A DNA stretch of 64,000 nucleotides from Takakia lepidozioides (taxonomy: Eukaryota; Plantae; Bryophyta), in the NCBI GenBank assembly GCA_030704615.1, contig CM060732.1, forward strand, positions 78,802,001 to 78,866,000, read 5' to 3'. Position 1 is the stretch's first letter. Each line of letters opens with the position of its first letter. The notes under the pieces are model-generated. The model was not told the origin of the DNA, did not search any database, and saw only the letters and a list, made by a program, of their open reading frames with translations. Positions 21,401 to 34,100 of the stretch are shown piece after piece. The position numbers were made by a program, and so were the translations under genes.

Positions 21401-22484
21401 CTGTTTCCAAAAAGATTTGTCCATCTGTAATGGGAATAACATTGGTAGGAATATAAGCAGACACGTCTCCAGCTTGTGTTTCGATCACAGGTGATGCAGT
21501 CAAGCTACCCGCACCAGTCTGGTCTGACATTTTAGCGGCTCTTTCTAATGAACGGGAATGTAAATGGAACACATCTCCTGGGAACGCCTCACGACCCGGT
21601 GGTCGACGTAATAATAATGACATTTGGCGATGGGCCACTGATTGCTTACTCAGGTCATCATAAATGATTAATGCGTGCATTCCATTATCTCGAGAATATT
21701 CTCCCATAGCACGACCTGAATATGGTGCCGGGAATTGCAGAGGAGCGGGATCCGGAGCAGTGGCTGCTGCGATAATGCGATATTCTAAAGCGCCCGCTTC
21801 TGAAGGAATCTTAACTAATTGTGCCACGGTTGAACGTTTCTGTCCAATCGCTACATACACACAATACAATTTTTCACTATCCGAGGTGCCCTGTGCGTTG
21901 ATTTGTTTCTGGTTCGATATGGTATCAATAGCTATAGCAGTCTTTCCAGTTTGTCTGTCTCCTATTATAAGTTCTCGTTGACCACGACCTATAGGAACCA
22001 GGCTATCCACTGCTTTTAATCCCGTTTGCATGGGTTCGTGCACAGATTTACGTGCAATAATCCCGGGGGCTTTAACTTCTACACGTCTCCGTTCCGCAGC
22101 GCTTAAAGCACCTTTTCCATCAATAGGTACTCCTAACGCATCAACCACACGACCTAACAAGGCCTTTCCTACAGGAACATCCACAATAGATCCAGTGCGT
22201 TTGACAATATCTCCTTCTTTAATGGCAGTATCACTACCAGATATAACGATTCCTACATTCTCATTTTCTGGATTCAAAGCCATTCCTTTCACACCGCTGG
22301 CAAATTCAACCATTTCCCCGGCCTGAATCTTGTTTGATCCATAAACACGTGCAATTCCATCTCCAACTGATACCACTCGACCGATCTCATCCACTTGCAA
22401 TTTAGTGTAGTAATTGGTAATTCTTTGTTCTAATAATGTAGATAGTTCCGCTCCAGCCAATTCATTTCCAGTCAATTTGTTCGT
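18405..22484 (-). CDS. atp1: ATP synthase alpha subunit (exons 22484-21343, 18819-18405; ACG start)
   Basis: GDRQTGKT P-loop, [20 protein letters not shown]|GSAAQ; 1142+415 = 1557 nt. Confidence 0.96.
18820..21342 (-). mobile_element. Group II intron atp1i1127g2 with fragmented RT/maturase/HNH ORF
   Basis: GAGCG start; [21 protein letters not shown] (19718-20308); [13 protein letters not shown] (18943-19152); D5 near 18919-18885. Confidence 0.9.
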
Positions 22485-22581
22485 AAATTAATCAAACCTT
22501 CTACCAATAAATTAAAAAATTCCACAATCTGAACCTTCAGATTGTGCCCAATTTATCATCTTCAATGATGAATCGGGACGG

Positions 22582-22584
<3 letters not shown>

Positions 22585-22617
<33 letters not shown>
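22585..22617 (+). repeat. Poly-G run (33 G)
   Basis: Uninterrupted G tract about 100 nt upstream of the atp1 start. Confidence 0.9.
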
Positions 22618-22618
<1 letters not shown>

Positions 22619-23004
22619 TTGGCCGAGCTCCTTGAGGCCAATAAAACGAAAGGGGAAGAGAAGACGCGAAAAAAAAAGAATTTTTTAGGGCGTAGCCAAA
22701 AAATTTTTGGGGATTTTTTGGCGCAGCAAGAAATATTTTTTTTTCTTCTCTCCACCTTTCTTCGTTAAGCCAATGAAGTAGCGGAGGCCCACTTTCTTCT
22801 CTCGAACCCCCATCACCCGAGCGCGGCGTTTTCACGAAGGGTCAACACTCCCGCTGTTTCGGCTTGGAAAGACCGGGGTTGGTTCGAACAGGCAAAGCGG
22901 ATTATTCGGCTTGCCGCAGAACCGAGCCAAGCATGCAATTACTACGGAATTGCATATTCTCGAGATGGCTGTAAGCATTTTTTGCTTACTTTCCATTCGA
23001 TTTG

Positions 23005-26000
23005 TCACTCACTACGCGACTTTTGTTCCCAAGGACTAGCGAAATCAAAATAGCGAAATTCTTGAGTCATCTCGATAGGTTCAGAAACCACACGTTTCTC
23101 TGAATCATCATAACGTACTTCCACATATCCACTTGAAGGAAGGTCTTTTCGTAATGGATGACCCTCAAAACCATAATCTGTTGATATACGGCGTAAATCA
23201 GGATGATTGGAAAAATACACACCAAACATATCCCACACTTCTCGCTCCCACCGGCCGGCTGATGGAAATATACTGACTACCGAACGAATTGGAGTTATTT
23301 CGTCTACACTGGTTTGTACACGAATGCGTGAGTTATACTGAATACGTAGGGTCGAGAGTTCCATCGCAGAGCCGCAGTTTCTCCGTGCACTCTCGCGATA
23401 TAACAAAGTGCTCTCCGAACCGTGCGAGATGGTTACCCATCACACGGCTCTCCAACTCAAGTTTACCTATGGTTGTTCACAATCGTATGCCTCTAACCGT
23501 GTGCTTCCCTATGACAGTTTTGGCACAGGGGTAGGCAAAAAAAAATAATATATTTTTTTCCCGGGAACCACCGTACATGGAGCACCCGCGGCCTGGCGTT
23601 ATGGCCAGAACTAGCACATATGGCTTCCAGAGCTGCTGCGCCCTTGTATTGCTTTTCATGGTAACTTTCGTAAGGGAATGGGCTTTGCGATTCAAGCGGA
23701 CTTTGCCCCCCGCGGTTGCCAGTTCTTGGCTAGCGGTTTGGTGTCGGGTAGCAGTATTTAACCATATCGCGTATGGTATAGGGAATGGCTGGGAGGTGGC
23801 CGTTCAGTTCAACCCTGGCCCGCTACGCGAACGAAGTGGTCTTGTACCCCAAAAAGACCCCGTCTCGCAAGGGTGCGCCTCCTGCCATGGCATGGCTCTT
23901 CTTAGCCTTAATCGGGTTTGACGGGTCTCTATCACCCTTGGCAAACACCTCAGCTGCGGTGCTGCCTAGTCGAAATTTGGTCGCATATGCTTTGGCCAGT
24001 GAGGTACGTAGTATGTAGCTCAAGCACGTTATACATCGGCGTTTAGAGTTCGCCAGATGGTAATAGTTGGCGGGGCCACGGGGAATGGAGGCTACGCACG
24101 CTACCGAGTGACTTCGAGGATACTGAGAGTAAGCAAAAATTGGTTTCGGGTCATCCGATTTATCACAAAATCCCTTCTCTGCCAGACGTTTCATAACTTT
24201 TTTCTGCATATCGACAAGTAAGCTAAGCCCACCAGATCGATGGATTCTTCCTCATGTTGTTATCCATTTGCCTCCATATCGTCGACCAAACTTGTAGGTA
24301 TATTCCGAATCGCGACTAGTAAGATAGATATCCAAGGAAAGGAATCTTCTTCTTTTTGGCTCGGGTTATTAGGGTCCTATCTAGGTTAAGCCCAAGCTCA
24401 AGCCGCACTTCAATAAATCGTGTAACCAAGTCACGTATCCTTTCTGCCAGAGCTCGTGAACCAAATACTCCAATAGGAAAATCATCCGCGAAACGCACGT
24501 AGTTTATTCGCCGAAAATGGATGTCTTGCGGGTGGCCTGGACCGAGGTTTCGTGCTGTTTCAACCCTGACTCTATGTGTCCTGGATTGATTGCCCTACAT
24601 CGTCCTCTGTCAACAATACGTTTCGATCGCAGGACAGAACCATCCAGCTCCTGAGGCCCTCTGTTGCGGGGCCAAAACCTTCGGCCTTTGTAATGAATGC
24701 TTTTTCTCCCGGCGGAGGCCATGAGACTCGCTTCGAGCCCTTTTTCTTGCACTGGGTTCAAGAATCTGTTGTCTCGAATTCTTCGCCTTGGTGATCGATT
24801 GTATCGAAGCTTTGCGAGAGCCTTCGGCCCTCTATGAACCGGATAGTACCCAAAAAGTCACGGCGTATCTGCTTCGAGCAGGTTTGTTGGGAGCGGCCCG
24901 GTATAGATCCTTGGAAACATGGAAGGAAGTACGGCTCGTACACCGTCTCCAGGATTGTACGAATCACTTCCCGTACCAGTATATCCTGGGATTCAGGTAT
25001 ATCTAGCGGTCTGAAAGAAAAAAAAATAGTTTGCTCCAAATTTTACCGAAACATTTTTGGAAAATCAATAAAAACCCTTTTTTTGCGAAATATTTTTGCT
25101 GCGACCTTCTGGCGTTTTTCGCCCCGAAACGGAATTCGGAGTTGATCACCGAATCCCTCAGTGTTTCTGGTGCTTCGATCAAGGTGCCGCATATAGTTCC
25201 CCTATAACCACCGTTCCTCGAACCCGAATTGGATGAAAGCTTAGGCGGCAATCCACAACAGATTGATGTCTTTTATGAGCCGAAAAAAGGCCTTCTGCCT
25301 TGCCTGGAACTGCTCTTTCTGACAATGTTTCCAAAGGGCAGGAAGGCGATCGGAATATGTAGAGGCGGAAAAAAAATATATATATTTTTTTTTCTTAGCC
25401 GCTTAGTCTCATCCGAGCGTAATCTCGATCTCTTCATGCTGCTTGAGTATGCAACGTACCGGTACGTCGATTTAGGCTCCTTCCCTTCCGCTGTACAGTG
25501 CCAGCGCTTTCCCCTCACAGGGTCTCTTTCGATTAGGCAGGTACTACAAGCCCTCTGCCCCATTCGAAAAAACAAACGTCCGAATGGTTCACCGGTTCCA
25601 CCGAATGCTCGTAATTGGATGCTCTTGGGCATCTCCGCGCAGTGCGCTTCAGGTGCTTTAGATACCCCAGGCTTTGACTTCGAAAGAATCAAGCGCTGTG
25701 CCTTTGATGCCTCGCCCTTTGCTCCGATTCCCATGAGCGTAGCGAAAAAAAAAATACTTTGGGGATCCCGGTTCCTTTGTTGTCCTGGTACGATCGTCAC
25801 TAAGCTCCGTCGTACAAAGAAGACGCTGTAATACTCCATTGGAGTCTTGCCGAACGCGCCCGGGCTAATATCCCACCTACACCTCACGTTCACGAATGAC
25901 AAAAAAAAAAATAAATTTTTCCCCGTTCAACTGCGTTTCGAAGAAACGGTTGGGTATCGCCCATGGGTTGGCTATTCCCTGTGATCCCCTTTCACGACAG

Positions 26001-26380
26001 GCTATGTTCCCCATTGGAAGTTCGTTCCGTTGGGTGTCTCTGGCGGTATATCCGTCAGATAAGTCGTGCCCGTCTCGTTGCAGACTTCTACAACGTCTCA
26101 TTCGTCTGGCACAAATGAGCACTTTATTCGGTGACTTCACGGTCGCCCTCAGTAAATTATAAACTACTTCGAATCTTCGTTTTCGAGAAGGATAATCAAC
26201 TGCACGAATATCGATCAAAACTTGAAAACGTGTATTGGTATGATATTTAAGAAACCATAATAATTGAGATAGGTAATCAGGATTGGTATATAATATATTT
26301 TCATGTTTTGATCTTTGAAATTGATGTATCCATTTTGGTAAAGTAGCTATCAGAGATTTGAAAAACGATTGGTCATCCAC
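23005..26380 (-). CDS. nad9: NADH dehydrogenase subunit 9 (exons 26380-26149, 23345-23005; GTG start)
   Basis: [10 protein letters not shown]|IQYNSRIRV...[31 protein letters not shown]; 232+341 = 573 nt. Confidence 0.95.
23346..26148 (-). mobile_element. Group II intron nad9i283g2 with fragmented maturase ORF
   Basis: GGGCGACC start, CCCTAC end. Fragments ILETVYEP (24758-25039), RFADD (24316-24498) and domain X (23823-24209). Confidence 0.9.
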
Positions 26381-27127
26381 AAATCGTCTCTTTTTTTCTA
26401 GGAAGTGAACACATTAAAACACAAGTTGAAGGGCGAAGCAAAGTTTAGTATTACGAAGGATAAATAAAAAAGGGGGAGCTTCGCTGATTCCGGACTTTAT
26501 TGACGTAATCCTTCATAGGCAGGATTTAGCCGGCATAACAAGGCCACAGGTTGCGCTTCTAAAGCCTCAACCTACGATTTATACTGCAGCCATTCAGAGA
26601 GCCACGGTTTCAACTACTTAATTAGCCAAGGACTCACTCAGAATAGGAAGTCTGAGGCCCGAAGTCAGAATATCTATGTATAGCTCACATGAAAAGGCCG
26701 AAGGTCCTTTCACGGACTTTCGTCTTCCTCAGATAGGGGAGGGGAGACCCTTATTCATTCTATGAAGATTCTTCTATAAATAGGGACTGGGTATAAAATT
26801 ATAAAATTGGGGCTGCAGAGATTAAAGGTAAGAAGGACCCCCACAGTAAATACGCTGCGTAGCCATTTAATCTCCAGTGCAAATGTTAGAATGTTACAGA
26901 GTGCTCCGCTACGAATCGAACCAATTCGAGCTTGTAAACCTGGTGAACCAGGGAAACCCAGGAAACGTGAAGCCAAAGATAAATCTATATTTTTTGGGGG
27001 CCAATACAAGGAGCGAAGCTAGCTTTCTTGAAAAGCTCGGTAAGTAAGCGCTACGCTGCGCCTTGCGTCTCAACCGAAACTTTCGGGACGGAGGAAGCGG
27101 GGGCGAGGCGGGGCTCCAGCCCCCCTA

Positions 27128-27205
27128 ATGGACTAGGTCCTTAGAGGGCATACCCGCAAGACCTTCTCAAAGAACCGTACGTGGCAGTCGCCCGTCATAC
27201 GGCTC
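27128..27205 (-). mobile_element. Orphan group II intron domains V-VI in the cob-nad9 spacer
   Basis: Intact D5 GAGCCGTATGACGGGCGACTGCCACGTACGGTTC, then a D6-like stem ending CCTAGTCCAT. No host exon recognised. Confidence 0.8.
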
Positions 27206-28445
27206 CCCTTATTCCCCAGCCGGTACATTTTTTCGACTCGGAACCATTGATGCGGCTCAAATTAATCTCGCCCGCATGCTGTTCGTCCGGCGGCTATATG
27301 TATTTTTCCATATAGCCGCAGTAGACTATTCACTTGCCCGCGATAAAGCATCTGAAATAGACCATATACCATACCATGGAAGAAAAGGATCGAAATCCAC
27401 AACCAGCCAAATCCTAAATTGAGGTATAAAACATCTTTTTTGGTAGAAACGAATATACCAATTTATTTATTTTATTTATTTTAGTTATACGTGTTAGTTA
27501 TACGTGGTATATCGTATTTTGAGACTATGGACTATGGTATGAAACTTTTTCATAGCATATCTTATAAACCATCGGTTAACTGGGATGGAAATACAAGGAA
27601 ATATACAAAAAACTAAGATGTTGCCATGAACTGAAAGAACAGTCGCGGGATCCATGGAATCGGGATGGATTAAAGCCATCCACCAAGTGTCCCCAAGTAA
27701 AGCCCCAACCAACTCGTTATCGAGTAAGGCTCTCCACCCGTCGTCCGCAGGAGATTCCCGCCCGGGGTGAATGTGCTACCGCTGGGTCGTTCTGGCTGTC
27801 ATAAGGAGCGGGTACTTAGCCGGGAGAAGCTTCGCTACTGGGTAGTGCGCCAACAGCACCGGCCGTGCCTTCGGCACGATGTTGGACAATGGAAACAGGA
27901 CCGATCGCCTGGGCGTCACCGTCCTTATTAAGCTTTGAGACGCTCCTACGACTTTATCTTGCCACAATTGAGGCTATCATTGCTATAGAAACTACAAAAG
28001 CCTCGGTGACTGGGGTTGACATAACAGAAACGACTCTTTTGATAGCCGCCGTGCCAACACCATATGTATATGTAATGATAGTCTCTCCAGAAGACTTAAC
28101 GAAGTCGAGGAAATCTCGCAATGGTAGATCATCAGTTTTAATGGAAACAGTAGACGGTAACTGTCCGGATGATAACGCGCTGGCCGCAATAGGCCCAGCG
28201 GAACCAAATAAACTATCAGGAGGCGTGCCCGGTATAAAAATTACCGGTATAATAAATCTGCGCATAGTTGGGATACGTTATAGGCATAGATGGCTCTTGC
28301 GTAGTATTCAGATCTGGTGTAGAATCAGCCAAATCTCGGCGGATTGAAGAGATAGAAGAAGCCAAATCGATGGAGAAGAGACGGCGGCGCACAGAAACCA
28401 AATACGAGGATTTGGTAGTAATACGGTTAATAAATTGATAGCTTT

Positions 28446-30661
28446 TCATTTCACAACATAAAGTGAATTCTTAGAGATGTGGGAAAGCTGGCGAGGACTT
28501 AAGTCCTCGCAAACATTAGAATTTTGGATTAATCTAGCTTCTGATTTGCCAAGAATGGGCGTAATAGCGAGATGGAAGGAAGAACCAACTGAAGCAATTT
28601 GTCCAATAGTAACATATGGTGCCTCCACGGGTTGACATCCGATCCAGCCTGAAAGTAAGCAATCTGCCAAAAGCAACCGAAATAATTTTTGGTGAATTGG
28701 TCGGGAACTTGAACTACGTACATATGATGTGTTAATAAACGGTAAAGCAAATAATGACACAAAAACTAGTCCTATGGCAGCTACACCCCCTAATTTGTTA
28801 GGTATACTTCGAAGAATCGCATAAACTGGTGAGGAATACCGTTCTGGCACTATATGAGCCGGAGTTGACATGGGATTCGCGGGTATGTAGTTGTCGGGAT
28901 GCCCCAAAACATTAGGTGCGTAGGAAACAGAAATGGAAAAAGAGATGGCAAAAGCTACCCAACCTACTAACTCTTTTACGTAAAAATAGGGATAAAAAGC
29001 TATTTTATCCACAGAAGAATTGATACCCGATGGATTATTAGAGCCATATTGATGTGATGCAGCGAGATGGGGAATAGCAGCGCCAGCTATTATAGAAGGA
29101 AGTAAGTAATGAGGGCTAGAAGAACGATTTGAGGTGGCATTGTCTACGGAGAAGCCACCCCGAGGCCGAGTTGCTATAGTGTCTCCTACTACAGGTATTG
29201 CACTAGCTGAGCTTGTAATGACTGTAGCTCCCCGAAAACTCATTTGCCTAAATTTCCTCCCACCATGTCTTTTCTACTTTCTAACTAAAGACCCATTCTA
29301 GACTTCATGGATGAATGATGTGAGGCTCCATCGGTTCTTTCCATTCCACCATTTCACTCATTGGGATATGGAGCAGCCATTTGGAGTATTTCTTCCTAAA
29401 ATTAGCCCTGATACTGAATTCTTTCTGCAGTACAAAAAAAAATTTTCTTTTCCACTTCGGAAGGAACCTTGAGCCCGCGCGCCCCCCATCATCCATAAGC
29501 CAATAGGCCAATGCTCCAAGAGTCAAATAGTCAACAATGTTCTTAGGAACTATCTTGACTCCCTCGCGATAAAACATTTGGTGGAGCCAATTCGAACTAG
29601 CCGAGGTTTCGGTTCGAAATCTTAGATACTGGTGGGCCTTCGGCCTTGTTTGGTAGACCGCTTGAATTCTATTTGAGTGTTCACTCCTTGTTCAGCGGAA
29701 GCATCAACCACCCAATAAAAACCCTACGTATGAAAATATCTGGATCTGTTACGGCAGGAGGTTAGAAAGCTTAGGTAAGGCTTATAAAGACCTTAATATA
29801 TGGCTTAAATAGACCGTAAGACTCCATCCCTCGGAGATTCAATAATGGCCCTCCGGCCTTTATTCATCCACTCGTTGGAGTGAAATAGACAGGATTTATC
29901 GGAGAAAAGTGGGACTATATATTTGCCTAGCCGAAGATCCATGACAGACTAGGCACCCCACGTGTGGTCTCTGAGGAACTCTCTATGCCATTTTTCCCAA
30001 GGCCGAAGGGGCCTATTATTCCGGTGTGGCGAGAGCTTTCCTGCGGATTGTCTATGATGACATGCTAAGGATTTTGACTTATAATTTACACCCACGCGAG
30101 GCAGCAACGCTAACGCTGGAGAGACGGCCGAAGGTCGTCCACTTCGTTTCCTCCATGGGGGAGAAGTACCTTAGTAATTAAGAGTTTCCCGCATTTAGTG
30201 GGGTTTTTATCCTTCTATTAGTAGAAGGAGGGGCCAATTCGACCCCACGGTGGTACGTGTCCTATAAAAGCTGTTACAATCATTAATGATGAAATGACAA
30301 CTCCAGGACACCGAACTAATTCCCTAGGACTCGCATAACTTCCATGATATGAACCACGAAGAATATGAAGATGAACCACAATAAGAGACATACTTGCCCC
30401 ATTAGCATGCATATAACGAAGCAACCAGCCTCCTTTCACATCTCTCATGATGTGTTCTACGCTTAAGAAAGCTGGATCCACATGAGGTGTATGATGCGTA
30501 GCTGAAAAAACGCCTGTAATTATCTGAATGACCGAACGAATACCAGCCAACGAACCGAAACTCCACCAATAACTTGAATTGCTCGGGGTTGGATAATCTA
30601 TCAAATGATTGTTAGGTGTAGGAAATATAGGTTGTTTAAGAATCGATAGTCGTCTTGCCAT
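28446..30661 (-). CDS. cob: Apocytochrome b (exons 30661-30242, 29246-28446)
   Basis: MARRLSILKQ..GWLLRYMHANGAS..PWG|QMSF.GATVIT..HIVPE..; 420+801 nt. An edited CAG at 28490-28488 could be an earlier stop. Confidence 0.95.
29247..30241 (-). mobile_element. Group I intron cobi420g1 with LAGLIDADG endonuclease remnant
   Basis: Exon ends in T, intron ends in G, no D5. Fragment KIVPKNIVDYLTLGALAYWLMDDG (29305-29577) is typical of LAGLIDADG homing endonucleases. Confidence 0.88.
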
Positions 30662-31182
30662 ACGAATGTTTCGTGCTCTTTTCTTTTCGCGGATCATGGA
30701 AACTTTGTGTTCTTCATGATTGACGCAATCCATCATGGGCAGGATTTACCCATTATTACAAGGCCTTAGGTAAAAAAAATATATAATATATATATATATT
30801 TTTTATTCGTTCTATAACGCTCAAAGCCTGCTTTTACGGAGTTAATAGAACGAATAAAAAGAATTCTTTTAGATGTTTCTTAATCAATTCATTTGGTCTT
30901 CGAGCTGCTATTTCACTCTTCCAAGATTCCCTTTTCTATAGGAGTTTTCTGAATCTCCCCCCCCCCCCCTATATATTTTTCTTTGTTTCCCCTAATATTT
31001 CTTAGCGCAGCAAAAGATGCGCAAAGAAATTAAAAAAAAATAGGAGCTTCGCCCTCTGCCTTCACGGGCTGAGAGCTGGCGCCCTTGTTTCATTCTCCGA
31101 GATCTTTATTTGGCATAAAAAGCTGGGTAATAAAAAGGAATATATATTTTTTGGTTGCACTGCAGTGAAATTGCTCAATGAA

Positions 31183-34100
31183 TTGAGGGAGCCAGTCAAA
31201 GGCTACTAGAACACCAGATACAAAGACTACCCGAGCTAATGATAAGGGCGGGAATACTTTCCAGCCGAGTCTCATTAATTGGTCGTAACGATATCGTGGA
31301 AATGCTGCACGGACCCGTATATATACAAACGGAAAGAAAAGAACCTTGATACTAAACCGGATAGGACCCGGAATCACCTGGAAAATAGGAATATCTGGGA
31401 TGGGCAGCCGACCTCCTGGAAAAGGCAATGTACATGGACTAGGAGAGTAGGGGCGCAGCTCCGTGGCCCGCTCGGGCCCGAGAATAGGTATCCACTCCCT
31501 TCTCAAGGAACCGTACGTGACACTCTCGCGTCATACGGCTCCGTTCCGGAAATCTTGAGTCTCATCCCCCGCCGCGCCTAGGTCTTCGAACCCCTAGGGC
31601 CTCGCATGGATGTCTCGGTGTTGATTGGCACGGAGTGGGAAAAAATATATATTATTATTCGACTTCCTCTCGGAATCACTGTGATGTTACCGAAATAATC
31701 CAAATGTTAGGCCAACTTGCGTACATGGTGTATTTGCACCGGGGCCTCCTCCCCCCTAACCGCGCAACGGTTTAGACTGATCACGCTTTGTCACATATCG
31801 TATGTACAACTGATTCAAGGTTTTGTACGCGTCCTCCTTGTTCAGATCTTTCCCCGTCAGGAACTCCAGTCTAAGCGTCCTAAGCTCCATGCTGGTGGGA
31901 AACTTGGCAAGGGTCCCACCTTCTCCGTTGACTATATGTAAATCTCTGGAGTACTTGAGGATTTTATTTACGCGCCGAAGATTTATGCTTGTTGGCAAGG
32001 GTAAATATAGCGGACCAGCGAATCTGGTAGTCGACAATGGTTCGGACCTGATAAAGGTTGTCGCAACATCTATAGCTATAGTAGGACAGAAAACCTCTTG
32101 CGACGCTCGCGAACCAATTGACGATGTCTTCGTCGCTGACGTTCGTCAAGCGGGCCACGTGGGTTGGACGGGCCTTCCTCTGGTTAATCATACCTCGGTC
32201 CCGAAGCCTTTGGAGTATCTTCTTCGTAGGCGCCAGGATCTGTAAGGGCGCAGCTTTCTTTTAAAAAATCAATATTTTTTCTTCTTTTTTTATATCTTCT
32301 TTTTGCTGGCCCTCCAGACCTTCCGACGCTCTGGGAGTCTCCAATGAAGACATCCGGACGCTCAACGATTCGTCCAATCGTGAGACTGCTTGTTGAACGT
32401 CTGATGGCACGTTACTCCAACCTGGGCTATGCAGGATCTCTCCTAATCTTTGCTGTATGTCCTTGGCGGTCTCCCGTAAGACGCTTACTTGGGGGCTGAC
32501 TCCTGCTTTTTTCGAAGTCTCCGCTAGTAGAAGCCTCACGTCCTGTAGACTCCCTGTTTCTCTTTTCCCCCTCGTCGGCTGTCGGACCGGGAGACTCTTC
32601 TCTGGGTCTTTTGACTTGGAATGGATGGCGGGGCATCGGTGGGGAGCTGTGAGATGGATACGGTGCTTTACTCTCCGACGCTTCTCCAGTTCCCGCGATA
32701 ATCTACGGGGAGTCTTCGAAGCCGGGACTCCCCGAATAACCGTACTGGGGACTTCTACCGTCCCTGCAGCTATGTGAGTGAATCTTGCAGAGCCTACCTC
32801 AAGGTTCAGGTCGGATTGCAGGAAGTGGGTGATACGGTCTCTTAGTTTTTTTATCAACTCCATCCACGGGGCCTACGATTCCCGATAGGAAGTCATCGGC
32901 ATATCGGACGTAACGGATCCTAATGAAGTCCGGTTCATTGAAGTCCACAGAGGAGGTTAGCCCCTGCCTACGGGCTAGGCGTCTACATCCCGACCCGATA
33001 GCTAGTCTCGTTTCCTCGTCCAGCTCCATCAGGCGACGGTGGCTCCGACTTTCGATCTTCGGTTTTTCTATCGGAGCCTTCGGAGAAAAAAAATAAAACT
33101 TTTTTTTTCTTTTCGTGCTCTTGTCGGATCTTCTATATCTCCTGATCGAGCTTGTGTAGATAGATGTTGCATAGTAGGGGTGATAGTAAACAGCCTTGTG
33201 GAACCCCGTAGTAAGGGCCACCCTTCTCACCTCCTACAAGTCCGGCGGAAAATAGTTGGTGAATGAGGTCAAAGAATCTTGGATCGTTTATCTCCTCCTT
33301 CGAGATTGAGATGAGTCGATGTCGGTCAATGGTATCGAAACATTTTCTGATGTCAAATCCTAAAAACCAAGAGGTTCCAGCCCACTTTTTCTTGATCTGT
33401 CTCAGAGCCGAGTGGAGTGGCGGCCTCGACCCGGGCGGAATCCATGCGATGTGTCTAGGAACTGGGGCTCGTAAATGGATTCGGGTACCGTCCTGATCAC
33501 CTCTTGAATGATCTTGTCTCTCGGCGCTACTACTGTGATCGGCCTGAACTCAGGGGCGAAGCCCTTCGACCCTTCGTTCGCTCCGCGAGCGAAGCCCTTC
33601 GGCCTTCGGTTTTATTCTCGCGAGCTTTACGTTTCCTTGCGCGGAGCAGGGAAAAAAAATATTTTTTTTTCTCCGCCGGGGCTTGGTTTGGACTTGATTC
33701 GCTCATAGGACGCCAGTAGTTGTCTATTGTCCGCAATAGTTCCGAGTACATGGGTGCGCTTCGCGCTCCGTCGTCTCAGTGACTCAGGCTCGCTTCGCTC
33801 GCCTCTCGGACTGATGTCTACCATCGCCGGTGAGTCTTCTCTCCCAGAACCAGAATGATTATCCCTGTTCGATGGGTTTACATCCATCCCTGGATATCGG
33901 GTACCGTTTCCTTCCCCGCCATCCCTGTAGCTGTCACCTGTAATCCGCGCAGGTGTGTCCGCACCCCCTGGATGAGACGAGAAGTCTTTTCTCGGAGCAA
34001 CCCTCCCTGGTTCCAGACCTAGGAGCGCACTTTCCCGTATGAGCATTCGGTACACGTATAGGTCTGGGGAGGAGTTACGAGGTACCCACTTAGGATATCC

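Noticed and set aside
21664-22326. Plus-strand ORFs antisense to atp1 and other genes or introns
   Set aside because: Shadow frames of conserved minus-strand genes with no independent motifs.
22512-22835. Poly-Pro and poly-Gly ORFs
   Set aside because: Artefacts of translating the G33 tract and AT repeats.
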